64,000 bases of DNA from Botryllus schlosseri (taxonomy: Eukaryota). A program made the position numbers and the translations under genes. Positions within the stretch are counted from its first letter, which is position 1, and each line of letters starts with the position of its first letter. The DNA lies in assembly GCA_051294905.1 (NCBI GenBank), contig CM119371.1:40240001-40304000 (forward strand), given 5' to 3'. Shown piece after piece: positions 12,767 to 26,931 of this stretch. The notes under the pieces are model-generated. The model was not told the DNA's origin. It ran no database searches and was given only the letters and a program-made list of their open reading frames with translations.

Positions 12767-15058
12767 CTGTGACGCAACAAGCAATATCGTGGTGATCGTT
12801 GGCATTGCATATTTACGTAACAATTGGAAGATATGCACTGCTGCGATAACACAGGGTTAGAATGAAGCGATTGAACTCTCGGATCGAGTTCACATGAGTG
12901 TTTCATGAGCAACAATGGCGATGATCAACGATGAGCTATCATTCATTACTGTTACTTTCAACTATAAATTAGTAACCTACGACTAGATGCGCAAAACGTG
13001 CCTGCACAGTTTGATTATTTCTACACTTTTCCTAAACGTATATGGCTGCGGTTCTTGTCCGACAGTTTTTGTGTCTGCGGAGCTATCCGTCTGAACCCGA
13101 AGAATCTAATCCAACTATCCGACTATATCCGAAAAATCCTTATTGAATAATGATATTGCAGAATATCAATTGTACGGCTGAGCTTAAATACAGTTCTACA
13201 GATCACGAATTGTATTTATCGAAAGAACATAGGCAAATGGAACAAAAATTGGAATTTTAATTACAGGAATGTTAACACAAAGAGACAATGCTATTAATTT
13301 GAAGTAAGTGTGCAAATGAAAGTGGGATCTCGGATCAAAAGAAAATGAAAAATGACAGAGATTATTAGGCCATGGCCAGAGATGAGCAGATAGCATCCGG
13401 ACCGGACCGGATATTAGACAATTTTGTGGCAGTCGGATAGGACTCGGATATCATCGCAGATTTTTTCGGATATTGTCGGATAACTGAAACTTTTGATGCG
13501 GATAGTTTCGGATAGTTTTAACCAGAAGTGAGATTTGATGACAGGCCAATAGAAAGAAGTCAAGAAGTCAATAACCAAATAAAGCCAGCTGACACGTTGC
13601 GATATGACTCGTCACAGTCTAGACAATGTTAGTCAAGAGTCCAAGAAAATATATATCAACTATCACCACTATACCATTCTAACCACTCAAGAGTAGACAA
13701 TAGTCTACTATAAGGTCCGCCATGTTATCACATTTATTTGCTAAAACACATCAAGTATAGGCTACCATACTTGCCAGTCTAACGATACATAGTAGCCTAT
13801 TAGAACTAACAAAAGATGGTATGATTAGACATGAGCTCTCCTGACATAGTTATCATCAGTAAGGTATTCTTGCACAGCAGTGTTTCAAGTTCAAAAAATT
13901 GAAGGTATTGTTTCATTATCAGTCGAAGAACTGCATTTGCTTCCCGCCTTGGCATGAAGTTTTCAAAACCCATAGCTGACGAATGTCACAATAAGACATA
14001 CAATCTTGAGAATCATTTAATTTATTGTTGTGGTGGTGTTCTGTATATTAGAGGCAGTCTTCTGTACATTAATATAAATCAAATCCCTCTTTGCATATAC
14101 TTGTTGCATGACTGATTTTCATGCAACCACAATAGTTGCATCGTATGATACCCTTTCAATGAGCAGTATACCGCGTTGCTTGTGCTATGGCACAACATTT
14201 AGCAAACGTGAGTCTTCCGACAGTTCATGATCATAACCGAATATATCCTGATTACGTTCAACAATGTAATAATTTCTTTTCGTGAGTGGTATTCCCAGTG
14301 TGGTCTTGGACTTAGCGTCAGCTTGGCACGTCGAGTTGACAGCTGGTATGGTTGACGTATGGTAAGCCTACGATACAGTAGCCTATATAAGTCCTCATTG
14401 AAATCATTCAAGATGCATGGATTGCATACGCTACCTTACTTAGGTAAACTAATAACATCTAACAAGACTCCCTCGTAGTTACAACGAAACGCAAGCCTGT
14501 TTAACTTTGCTCAGTCACAGCAATTGCAGCAACCTGACAGTGGTCAACTGCTCAGTGCTCACTCTTCCACTATAGAATGTTACTTTCTCTACTTCCACTC
14601 TTCCCTTCCTTCAGCAGTTAAATTTTCTCCAATATGATTGACGTGATCAATCATCCAGAACCACTGAGCCAATCAGAAGCTAGGTAGCGTACATCCGGTT
14701 TCAGCCCGTATAAACAGAACTGATTTGACCACTGTGATTCTATTAGAATTTTTAGCCGAAATCGGTGATCGGGTGAATCATGAAAATATACTCGGGTGTC
14801 ATTACGTTTTGTGCTTTGGAAATTACATCGGCATATTCAGGAGCCTCTTGCCAGACTATTTCTTGGTGATGTATTCAACGACAAATGCATGTAAACGACG
14901 GTTTTCGGGTGTATTTCCGGGTATAATGACGAAAGAACAATTTTAAGAAAACGAATGGATACCTACTACGCAGCCGTTTGACTGAATATTTTGCAGAGAA
15001 ATCGCCAGAAATGTGTCGATGATAACGCTCAGCAGACCATGTCTATCGACAATCCTTG

Positions 15059-15875
15059 CAGAGATGAGCGGATTTGAAATTTCTATGTCCTAATCCAATC
15101 CACACCTTCAAATCCATATCCAAATCCTAATCCATAACTTTTTTATATTCAAGTCCATGTCCAATCCTAATCCGATTCCAACTGGAAATTCAGAACGAAT
15201 AACATAACATAACATTGTTGGGTTATTATTTTTATCTGAACAAGTCACACACAATGTACAATGCGATAAGACACAATACGATGTCATGAACAGATAGGAG
15301 GATGTCGAACGACACGCATCAGTAGCGATACTTTACTCTAACATCCACCTCGGCCTAGAGTGCCCGATGTTACAGTTCTTTTCGATGTGCTTTGAAGCCG
15401 GGTCCTTTTCTACTAGTTCTTTCCATTCCTTGTGAGTGGTTTCTTTCGTCGGGTCTTTTACTGGGCTTTTTTGTCGCCGTAAGAACGGCAACGGCGGGGG
15501 AAGAGGAGCCCAGATAAACCTCCGACGAGAATCGAACCCGGTTCTCCTGCGTGCTGGGCGATTATCGTAACCACTACACTATCTCCCTACATCCATACTA
15601 ATGTATGCAATGGAGGGATTAGAAAATTTTCTTTCACAACCAACGATTCACTTGATTCAAGATAACTTAGTAACGATAAGTACATTAATAACTGATCTGA
15701 ATAAAGTTGATCGCCATTCGCCACACGGCATTTCAATCTCCAAGAAAATGAGTAAATCCAATCCGAATCCTAATCCGTTCTGATAAAAATCTCTAATCCA
15801 AATCCAATCCAAATCCGACAAAATTTCACAAATCCTGTTTTTTCAAAACCTAATCCTAATCCATGCTCATCTCTG
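15059..15875. mobile_element. hAT-type MITE containing a SINE
   Basis: TIRs cagagatgagc / gctcatctctg; perfect 8-bp TSD aatccttg (15051-58, 15876-83); aatcc subterminal repeats. Confidence 0.85.
15223..15587 (-). mobile_element. tRNA-derived SINE
   Basis: Minus strand has Pol III A box tagtgtagtgg (15571-81) and B box ggttcgattct (15528-38), a core shared with 59347-59367, and an aataataa-like tail near 15223. Confidence 0.65.
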
Positions 15876-15984
15876 AATCCTTGGGGTATAAATATATTTC
15901 GAAGAGTGCGAGAATGGTTTGACACCGGCGGCAGCTACAAAGAATCATCATTTTCGCGAATATATGATCACGACGAATAGTAGA

Positions 15985-18900
15985 ACACTTTTTTAAAAGA
16001 TTTAGGCTCCGGACTCTACGTCTACATATATCTCATTAGAATCGAATTGAAATCGGACATTTTCGAAATTTTGATAATCCGGACACAATTATGGCCCCAG
16101 TTGGACCCTTCAGACGTCGACTTGAATAATAATTTTGGTATTGATGGAATCGGCTAGACTAGTAAAATCCATTTCAAAAAGAATTAGGCATCGGACTCAA
16201 CATATATCTCATTAGAATCGAGTTGAAATTGGACAATGGACATATTCGAAATTTCGATAATCCGGACACAATTATGGCCCCAGATCGACCCTTGGGACGT
16301 TGACTTGAATAATAATTTTGGTATTATTGAAATTGGCTAGACTAGTAGAATCCATTACAAAAAGACTCTACATATATCTCATTAGAATCGAATTGAAATC
16401 GGACATTTTCGAAATTTTGATAATCCGGATACAATTATGGCCCCAGTATGACCCTTGGGACGTCGACTTGAATAATAATTTTGGTATTGATAGAATCGGC
16501 GAGACTAGTAGAATCCATTTCAAAAAGAATTAGGCTTGGGACTCTGCATATATCTCATTGGAATCGAATTGAAATCAAACATTTTCGAAATTTTAATAAT
16601 CCGGACACAATTATAGCCCCAGATCGACCCTTGGGACGTAGACTTGAATAATAATTTTGGTCTCGATAGAAGCGGCCAAACTAGTAGAATCCATTTCAAA
16701 AAGAATTAGGCTTCGGACCTCTACATATCTCTCATTAGAATCGAATTGAAATCGAACATTTTCGAAATTTTGATAATCCGGACACAATTATGGCCCCAGA
16801 TGGAACCCTTGGGACGTCGATTTGAATAATAATTTTGGTATTGATGGAATCGGCTACACTAGTAGAATCCATTTAAAAACGAATTAGGCTTCTGACTCTA
16901 CATATATATCATTAGAATCAAATTGAAATCGGACATTTTTGAAATTTCGGTAATCCGGACACAATTATGGCCCCAATTCGACCCTTGGGACGTCGACTTG
17001 AATAATAATTTTGGTCTCGATAGAAGCGGCCAGATTAGTAGAATCCATTTCAAAAAGAATTAGGCTTTGGACTCTACATACATCTCATTAGAATCGAATA
17101 GAAATTATACATATTCGAAATTTCGATAATCCGGACATAATTATAGCCCCAGATCGACCCTTGGGATGTCGACTTGAATAATAATGTTGGTATTGATGGA
17201 ATTGGCTAGACTAGTAGAATCCATTTCAAAAAGAATTAGGCTTCGGACTCTACATATATCTCATTAGAATCGAATTGAAATCGAACATTTTCGAAATTTT
17301 GATAATGTGGACACAATTATGGCCCCAGATCGACCCTTGGGACGTAGACTTAAATAATAATTTTGGTCTCGATAGAAGCGGCCAGACTAGTAGAATCCAT
17401 TTCAAAAATAATTAGGCTTTGGACTCTACATACATCTCATTAGAATCGAATTGAAATTATACATATTCGAAATTTCGATAATCCGGACATAATTATGGCC
17501 CCAGAGCGACCCTTGGGATGTCGACTTGAATAATAATTTTGGTATTGATGGAATTGGCTAGACTAGTATAATCCATTTCAAAAAGAATTAGGCTTCGGAC
17601 TCTACATATATCTCATTAGAATCGAATTGAAATCGAACATTTTCGAAATTTTGATAATCTGGACACAATTATGGCCCCAGATCGACCCTTGGGACGTCGA
17701 CTTGAATAAAAATTTTGGTATTGATGGAATCGGCGAAACTAGTAGAATCCATTTCAAAAAGAATTAAGCTTCGGACTCTACATATATCTCATTAGAATCG
17801 AATTGAAATCGGACATTTTCGAAATTTCGGTAATCCGGAAACAATTATGGCCCCAATTCGACCCTTGGGACGTCGACTTGAATGATAATTTTGGTCTCGA
17901 TAGAAGCGGCCAGATTAGTAGAATCCATTTCAAAAAGAATTAGGCTTCGGACTCTACATACATCTCATTAGAATCGAATTGAAATTATACATATTCGAAA
18001 TTTCGATAATCCGGACATAATTATGGCCCCAGATCGACCCTTGGGATGTCGACTTGAATAATAATTTTGGTATTGATGGAATTGGCTAGACTAGTAGAAT
18101 CCATTTCAAAAAGAATTAGGCTTCGGACTCTACATATATCTCATTAGAATCGAATTGAAATCGAACATTTTCGAAATTTTGATAATGTGGACACAATTAT
18201 GGCCCCAGATCGACCCTTGGGACGTAGACTTGAATAAAAATTTTGGTATTGATGGAATCGGCGAAACTAGTAGAATCCATTTCAAAAAGAATTAGGCTTC
18301 GGACTCTACATATGTCTCATTAGAATCGAATTGAAATCGGACATATTCGAAATTTCGATAATCCGGACACAATTATGGCCCCGGTTCGACCCTTGGGACG
18401 TCGACTTGAATAATAATTTTTGTATTGATAGAATCGGCGAGACTAGTAGAATCCATTTCAAAAAGAATTAGGCTTCGGACTCTACATATATCTCATTAGA
18501 ATCGAATTGAAATCGGACATATTCTTTTTGAAATGGATTTTACTAGTCTGGCCACTTCTATCGAGACCAAAATTATTATTCAAATCGACGTCCCAAGGGT
18601 CCAACTGGGGCCATAATTGTGTCCGGATTATCAAAATTTCGAAAATGTTCGATTTCAATTCGATTCTAATGAGATATATGTAGAGTCCGAAGCCTAATTC
18701 TTTTTGAAATGGATTCTACTAGTCTGGCCGCTTCTATCGAGACCAAAATTATTATTCAAGTCGACGTCCCAAGGGTCGAACTGGGGCCATAATTGTGTCC
18801 GGATTACCGAAATTTCGAAAATGTCCGATTTCAATTCGATTCTAATGACATATATGTAGAGTCCGAAGCCTAATTCGTTTTAAATGGATTCTACTAGTCT

Positions 18901-19023
18901 AGATGATTCCATCAATACCAAAATTATTATTCAAGTCGACGTCCCAAGGGTCGAACTGGGGCCATAATTGTGTCCAGATTACCGAAATTTCGAAAATGTC
19001 TGATTTCAATTCGATTCTAATGA
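15985..19023. repeat. 176-bp satellite array: about 14.5 direct units, then about 2.8 inverted units
   Basis: tcattagaatcgaattgaaat recurs every 176 bp (e.g. 17261, 17613). From 18521 the sequence is the reverse complement of the unit. Confidence 0.95.
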
Positions 19024-19844
19024 GGATTGTCGGTATAGTGGAGGAGCGCACGATTCAGAGTTCATACTTCTATATGGGGTGCGTCATTCTCCTCTGCCGT
19101 TCAAATCGGTACTGCTGGCTCTGATTTCAAAGGGCGCTACTATATTAAAAACGAAAAATGAAGCCACACTGAATCGCGCCCAGCGCGAAAAAAATTTCAT
19201 GGTTAATTAAAATCTCTCAAGAAATCGGTAGTAAATTCGTAAATTCAAATTGCATGTTGACGGCCGCCAACGCATACTAATTGAATCACGAGTCCACGGC
19301 CGCACAAATTCCCATCTACGGCCGCAGGTTGACCACCCCTGGTTTAGTACGTTTTGGCGATTCTATATTTTTGATATAGCAGACAGGAGGTCATATAACG
19401 AAGTCATACCAACGGGTCCACCCGGCCGAAAATGTTTAGTTATTTTTACTGGTCCTACAATTTCCAAGACACCTCATCAGCTGTACCGGTACATCTAATA
19501 ACGCGAGCAGATAGGACAAGAAATTGATAGCAATATGTAGGCCTATACAATTCCTGATCTTATTGACCGATTTTATGATTATTCTCTTTATTCACAGTAA
19601 AACTGGTAGATACACACATAATCCGGGGAGCAACCTGCCCCCAAAGGAAAATGGCGAGATTGGAGTAAATTTTTAAAATTTCAGTAATACATTCAAATTG
19701 TTATTCCTATGCAATACACGGAGAAGTCACATTACAGAATTGCAGCAGATGAAGAATTGGCAAGGGTTACAGAGCAGAGGTAGAGATGATTGAAGATGAA
19801 GAATCGAAATTACAGAAATTATGCTGTGATTCACAAGTGTAATT

Positions 19845-20130
19845 TTAGTCCAGTGGTGCATTCAGGGCCTTCCGAAGAATGTGCACAGTGCCCAATAATG
19901 TGATCTTTTGGATCATGTCGAATCGAACGTTACCCGGAATTTGTTGGATATGTCTCATGAGTTTTTTGCTCACGACCCCTGTAGCACCAATGACTATCGG
20001 TACAATGTTTATTTTGCATCGCCACATTTTCTCACATTCTATTTTGAGGTCTGCGTATTTGGAGTATTTTTCTGATTCTTTTTGCAGTAGGTTGTGATCA
20101 GCTGGGACAGCCAGTTCAATGAATAAGCAT
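19845..20130 (-). pseudogene. R4/Dong ORF C-terminal REL endonuclease part
   Basis: (ECL)FIELAVPADHNLLQKESEKYSKYADLKIECEKMWRCKINIVPIVIGATGVV...MIQKITLLGTVHILRKAL: typical E, KxxxY and PIVIGATG motifs of REL. Confidence 0.88.
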
Positions 20131-20830
20131 TAGGGTTGTCCAAAATTTGAAAAATTTCGAAAATGCTGCGTTGTAATGTCTTATTCTATAGATTATTGAT
20201 TAAAAACATCAACAAGCCTGAAAGAAGCTCTCAGGAACGTCGTTAAGATTTCTTACAAAGCGTTTGAAAGTAGCTGCCAAAGAGTGGGCGGGCCACCGAC
20301 GGCGAAATTGCAACTAGGCGGGCAATGACGAAACCACGATTCTTGATTGGGTAATCGGTTATGCTTCAACGATGACGGCGGCTGTCAGCTCTGATTTGGG
20401 TGCTTCACCGTGTTTGACAGAAGGAGTAGGTTTTGCTGCTGCTGAGTCTGTTGGTGACGGCTGTAATACTGTAAAAGCGTGTTGTGGTTTGATGAGTCAA
20501 TAGTAGTAATGTAACAGTGGTTCTTCGAATGTATCAGTTGTAGCAGTAGTTTCTGTTTTGCGGAGGTCGAGTCTGTTAGTAGAGACGGGAATTTGTAAAG
20601 CGCATTGTGGGTTGATGCATCAATAGTTGTAATGCAACACTTGTTCCTTGCTCAATGTTTTAGTTGCAGCAGCATTTTCTGTTCTGATGAGGTCGATTTT
20701 GTTAGTAGTGGTTGTGGTTATGTACAAGGGCATTGTGGGTTGGTGAGTTAATAGTCGTAATGTAACACTTGTTACTTAAATGTTTTAAACGTAGCTGTAA
20801 TTTATGATAGAAGGCAAAAATATTACTGTC

Positions 20831-20941
20831 ATGGCAGAGGCAAAACGGCGGAAGACTGTGCACTTGCCACAGAGAAGAACAAGATCTCGATCTGAGCATT
20901 ACTTGGTCGGATATGCTTGCGATTACATCTGTGGCTCGAGA
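20831..20941 (+). CDS. N-terminus of the hAT transposase, separated by the CMC insertion
   Basis: MAEAKRRKTVHLPQRRTRSRSEHYLVGYACDYICGSR joins LPTLREVMSYF (29678) in frame after removing 20942-29675 and one GA copy. Confidence 0.8.
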
Positions 20942-23188
20942 CCCAGCAAACACATAATTGCCTATGGCTATCCAAGCAGTGTCCGAGTGTCCCAGTGTCC
21001 GGTTGGACAGACGTGGGCTAATACGTGGCTATCCACGTTCGAAAATGTGCGGTTCGGATATCCTAGGACATACATACAGAAAAACATTTCGGATAGTCCA
21101 CTAAAAGTCCTAATTCAATTTTCAATGGATATCATAATCTAACAGTGTGCGGATATTTCCATGTTGTATCAGCTAAAAAGTCAACCACTCAAGTTCTTGC
21201 TGATAAGGGCACATATTTCATCCTTTCAAAATATTTCTCGAGTACAGTTCGAAAGAAAATCGCACATTTACACACCGATATTCGGGATAGTCCACTGAAA
21301 GTGCGAATCAGAATTCCAATGGATATCATATTCAGACAGTGTGAGGATAGCTCCATTTTGTTTCAGCTATAAAGTCAATCTCTCATTTACTCCCGACGCT
21401 GATATGCACAAATTGCACATATTTCAGTATTTCAAACTATTTCAAGAGAATTTCAAGGAAAATCGTCACTGGACGTGATTCTTCATAGCGACGTCACGTA
21501 ACCGGATTATGCTTGCTGGCATTGAACGGTCAATATTCACTATCGAGCCTACTTTTCAAGCTTTTAAACTTTGTCATTTCTGTGTCCTTTTAGCTGTCGT
21601 GTTACTGTTTGTTCCTGCGGTTAACATTCGCAATTCCGAAAGATGTTACGAACTTTTTGCGTGCGTCATGCCGTGAGATGTTTAGCGTTTTTCACTTGAA
21701 TGCACTCAGTGGGTCGGCAGAAATGGCGACTGCGCACAGTGAATCTGACTTGATCGCCATATAATTGACAAGGATGATATGCTGGTATATTGAATAGTTA
21801 ATGGTATACTCTATTATCGACTTCGATAATGGTACATTCTCTTTCGTACTTTTATTTCGAGCATGTAATAAACTTTACAATTTTTGTACCGCATAATGTT
21901 TTACCGATGTTAGCCCGCTTAATACCACTCAACGATTGACGAGCTTTCCTAGTGCGTCGCGCGGCGCCATGCGTGAAGTGAATGAGATCATTAGCCTTTT
22001 TCATCGATATGCGCAGTGGCGGATTGCGCAGCGAGCCCAGTTCACGTGATTCAAATTTTCGTCTGGGAAGTTTGAACTGTGTTTCTGTGAAGTGAATTGC
22101 TGTCAGCGGCGAGAAGCATTTTCGACATTTGCTGTGTGCCACTTGGCTCGGTGATTACTTAACCATAACCACTCGTTGTGGCAGTGTAGTCAGTCATGAT
22201 ACGGTCAGAAGTCAGAAGTGGCGTATGTGCAGAACAAAAATGCGCTTGGTTATTGAATCCCTATAGTAAAGAGCTATGACGGATGTTCGACAGGCCTATT
22301 ATTGTTTAGAGTTGATACTGTTATAGTACGTCCTTTTATTGTAACCAAACCTGATTTCTTGATCAACATAAGGTAAGAGTTACTGTTTTGTGATTTATGA
22401 CTGGAAGTGGAGTGGAAGGTAACATTTGACAGGATTTGACTGACCGCAAGAAGCTATCAGAATTTCTGAATTAGACCCGTAACCCAAATTGAGTGATAGA
22501 CCTCCCTACTCAAGAGTCGTGGTTGCTGGTATTTCAATCATGATATTAATGCTTGGCTTCCAAATTGTATTATTGAAGTACCGATATTCAATTCTACCCA
22601 GCCCTATATCTATATATATATATATATGGTTACCGTATGAGTACTATATTGCAATATACTAACTTGGATAGCTCGGCATCGGATGCGGGGAAAGAACGAT
22701 GGATACGAAGATCTACCAAATATGATTCCGATTCAAGGTCTGATTCGGGTGGTCACGAAAAGATTCAAAGAAAACGCACATGTTCCACTGATACCAGTGA
22801 TACGGATCTTGCTGAAGCTCAAGCAAAACAGTTCGAAAAGAAATCTCAGCACCTTGAAAAGAAGTGAAGGAGGCAATCTGCCAGTAATGTCATGATTTTA
22901 CTGACAGTGCATCACCAATTCACCAAATGCAGGTTAGAGCTTAATTCCTCCATGTGGTATCAAAACAGCAAGAAATCTGCAGTTATGACCGTTTGATTTG
23001 TAAAAAGATTATTTAACTCTTATATATAGCTGAGTAGAGTAGAACTGAGTACCGTATGTAAGTTATGAATTATTTGAAATTTTTTATGCTCATGCAATGA
23101 TGACTGTAGAAACTTCCAATTTGATAACTCAACGGTAATGCTAGAGCTGGCAACCAGAACGCACAATTTAATTACACTTACTTACTTT

Positions 23189-23799
23189 AGTTACTTTCGC
23201 ACTGACTCCGATAAGACAAATGAAAATCTGGTCCGGGCACTGGAACGCCCTCAAAGGGCCAAAGTCGGTATTGTTCCTATCAATGGTATCGTCGGTAGAC
23301 AATGACCGTTCAATGTCTCTTACTGATTATGACATCATTGAGCACCTTGGCGAAGTCGTGTGCCGTGTTCCCCGTGATTCTCAGAGTATAGCGCGCCGTA
23401 TCAATCGCTGTAACGCGAATAAGTGGTAATGTGAATAGTTTGTGTATTTTGCGTCGTCGCGCATTCAAAAATTTGGATAAATACAAATTATAGCACAAAA
23501 GCCTACACATATATCGTAGAATTTACTATCAACGCGTATTTCTTAGTACGCAACAGGCCGATCTACGAAACAGTTTGTTCCATTCGGTACAGCGGTTCAT
23601 GAATTTCATTGTAATATAGATTCAGCACGTCTTCGCCAAGGCGCTCAATGATGTCACAATCAGTTCGAGACATTTGATTTGTCATTGTCTACTGCCGCTA
23701 AAGCAATGGCGATTTCGGACTTTGAAGGCAATTTTCGGGGCGTTTTAGTGCCTGGACCAGATTTTAATTTATATTTTCTGAATCAGTGCGAAAGTAGCT
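23189..23799. mobile_element. Palindromic MITE (Harbinger-like termini) inside the CMC element
   Basis: agttactttcgcactga...gacatcattgagcaccttggcgaag is mirrored by cttcgccaaggcgctcaatgatgtc...tcagtgcgaaagtagct. Confidence 0.65.
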
Positions 23800-25615
23800 T
23801 TATATTGAGACCTGTTTTATTAAATTTTGCGCTCTGTTCGCCAGCTATAAGATTACCATTATTTGACTGCGTTTAATCAACCCATGCCTGTTATTGTGTG
23901 TTTGAGGTGCCACTGACTGTTATTTATCTGTTCAGATACGTTGTCTCAGCAAGTAGCCCATCCTAGAGAGAGTCGTCTAGGTTCATTCTGCTGGGAATTT
24001 CCTACTTGAAATGGTGAGTATATAGTATATTAATTTGATTAGCGCGGAGTTTTCCCATAGAGTGGCAACTGATAAAGTTGAGCAGAACTGGGAAGAAAGC
24101 TTTTTGTGCACTGAGTTTATGCAAGACACTATATATCGTAGGTTGAACTAGTTTGTCGTCTCTATGAATTGTTTACTATAATCTTCCTGTTTAGGTGCTT
24201 GTTGCAATATTCCTACGACTGTTCCGGAAAAGGACTACGAGATTGCAGTCAGATCTATGTTGCGCCATGCACCATCCAAAAACAGAAATCAGCAATACGA
24301 GGTAGATGCAATATTGATTGTCTAAATATATCGCGCAGAGGGGATAATGGTTATATTGCGTAATCATAGGCGCCGACTTTTATTTCTACATAGGGTGACC
24401 AGATGAAACAAGGGAGGGGTTTGAAATTTCTTTAAGTTTACCAAGTTAGCATCATTTATTACGGTTAAGTACATGTATCCTCTGATGTTTCAGTATTAGC
24501 GCTGATCAATTATGTTCGTTCGCGTCTGTTCGTGGCCAATTGCGCAGATTCAGGTTTATTCAATTTGACGCTGTCAGTCTTAAACCAGTACAACATAACA
24601 ATCAAATGAGTAACATAACAATCAAATGTGTAGAGATACCACGCAAATCATATGATGCCTGTAGCAGACGCTATAGTTTAGGCCAGCGATGTTATCACAT
24701 GCGCCAGTCCTGCTGTAGACTCGATAGTTCAGGCTGGAAACGATATCAGGCATAGCCTGGCGCACATGATATTTCATGCCAGCGATTATAGCATGCAGGC
24801 GTGCATGCGGACGCGTTGAATCAAACCAGCGACGATAGCTCATATCAGATGTCAATGACCCAATATTGCACACAAATGATTCTCGCTAATTTGCAGTACG
24901 CAGCACCGATGATACGAATTATCAAATTGACATTTCGAAAGGACGGTATTTAGAGTTTTAAGTGGGGAACTCCATGGCTATGCGCGTAGGGTTTTTAATA
25001 CTAATGACACACTGTTTAATATCAGCCCAGAGCCTACGTAGGCCCCGATCAGCCAGTCGAATTTGATCGCGAAATGGTGTTATATTTATCCATGTGTTGT
25101 TGCAGCAAGAGCAATATGGCCGCATACCGCGACCTTATCAATAGAAATACAAACCTAATGGTTTGAAATTCGATCTGCGATATGGTTGAGCTCGAGTCCG
25201 TCCAGCAATGAAGCTTATTGTATTGGAAAATAAATGGTTCCCAATGTTCCCATTCAAACTAATCGAATAAATTCAGAATTTACGCCACAGAAAACCTTGT
25301 GTTGCATCACTATTTGACAACGTAATTCAACGCCATGCACTGCACAATGCGCAGTATTATCAACGAATCAAACACCAACAGGTGACATCGAGGGAATACG
25401 AGTGTATAAACCAGACAAGAATTAGTACCCTACAGATGATAGCAAACGAGAAAGCACGCATCCGAGGCTTACGATACGAATATTGTAGGCCTTGCCTGGC
25501 GCATCTAATCCATAATTCCCAAAATTGAATTCAGCACAATTGGTTGGAACCTAGTCTAACAACACGACAATTGCATGTCGAAAACCCGGATTACAATTTA
25601 TTGGGGCGTTTCAAG

Positions 25616-26931
25616 CAGTGGCGTATCCAGGGGGGGGGTTTTAGGGGGTCGGAACCCCCCCCTTTTCAAAATCCTAAAAATTGATGTAAAATATAGCCTC
25701 TAATATTTGCTAATTTATTAGTTTAACATATTCGTTTTTACGTATGAGAAGGCGAATATGGCGTGTTAATGTTATTTAGGGGACTAAAACCCCTACCAAA
25801 TCTCGGAATCATGCGCCGAATTAGTCGAAAGGATAAAATAGGTCATTATATTTCGCTAATTCCATACGAATTCTGCGCTTGTTCAGCTACATTTCAGCGG
25901 TAGTTGCTGACGTTCTCAACTTTCTTCCCTCGATTTCTCTCTCGCCTTGCTAAAACGAGAGACGCATTTCAGGAAAATCTAATCTAATTGGCCGACGCGA
26001 TACGTAATTGCAAAGACGAAGTTGTCGGCAATCAACATCGCCCGCGAATTCGCTGCACCTGCTCGCCTTGAAATCCTAATTAAGAATTGCACGGCGTGTT
26101 GATTGATCAGCGAGACGCAGACACGGCGGCACCAGTACGACAATACTATTCTCAAATCCACATTGTCTTCGCGATTATTGGCGAGAAATGGTCTACGATT
26201 GACATTCACCTTTCAAAATACAAGCCTAGCAATCCACGTTCCCGATTGTTAGGTGGCTTGCTTGCGTCCAAATACAGGCCTGTGTTGTCGCTGAACGGGA
26301 GAATTGAGTAGGCCTAGTAGTAAAGTTAACCTAATTATATCGGCTGACAAGTTTCTCTGTAGATCAAGTTATTATCCCAGTGTGTACTTTGTATTAATTG
26401 ACTGACTTGCGTACTTGCAATTAAGGTCTAATTACCTTCGCGCGTACTACACGCTCAGCCGTAAGGCTAGTAAAGCCATCGAAAAGCACACATTCGTGTA
26501 CGACGTACACTGTTCACACCACTCTGTGGCGATTGCGATCGCCCTCGTTTATGCTACCGCCTTATTCCGCGCTTGTTCGTGCGCTGCGATACTACCGACC
26601 GTGCGAATAATATCGTCAAAAACCAACAAAATCGCGCATCTCTGGCCGGAACTAGGCGCTTGGAGACGGTCGGCGTTTGCTGGCTCATGACTAAATGTGA
26701 GCATTTACGAATTTCTTTCAATCATACCGTAAAAGAAACGCGATTTTCATGCAATGTCTGTATCGTATTCGTACATCTCCCACTCACCGCAAATCTCTTT
26801 TTATTATTAAACTATAGAATATCGTAAATATTCGCCATGGCGTGGAGACGAGTGATTGTAATGATGACGTCATAATAGTCAATTCCGTACCGCAAAACCC
26901 CCCCCTTTTTCGCGCTCTGGATACGCGCCTG
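25616..26931. mobile_element. hAT-type MITE inside the CMC element
   Basis: TIRs cagtggcgtatccag / ctggatacgcgcctg; perfect 8-bp TSD gtttcaag (25608-15, 26932-39). Confidence 0.88.

Noticed and set aside
15520..15587. tRNA genes at 15.5 kb and 59.4 kb
   Set aside because: A and B boxes are present but no convincing cloverleaf; followed by a shared SINE body.
15985..19023. CRISPR-like appearance of the regular repeat
   Set aside because: The whole 176-bp unit repeats with no unique spacers; eukaryotic context and no cas genes.
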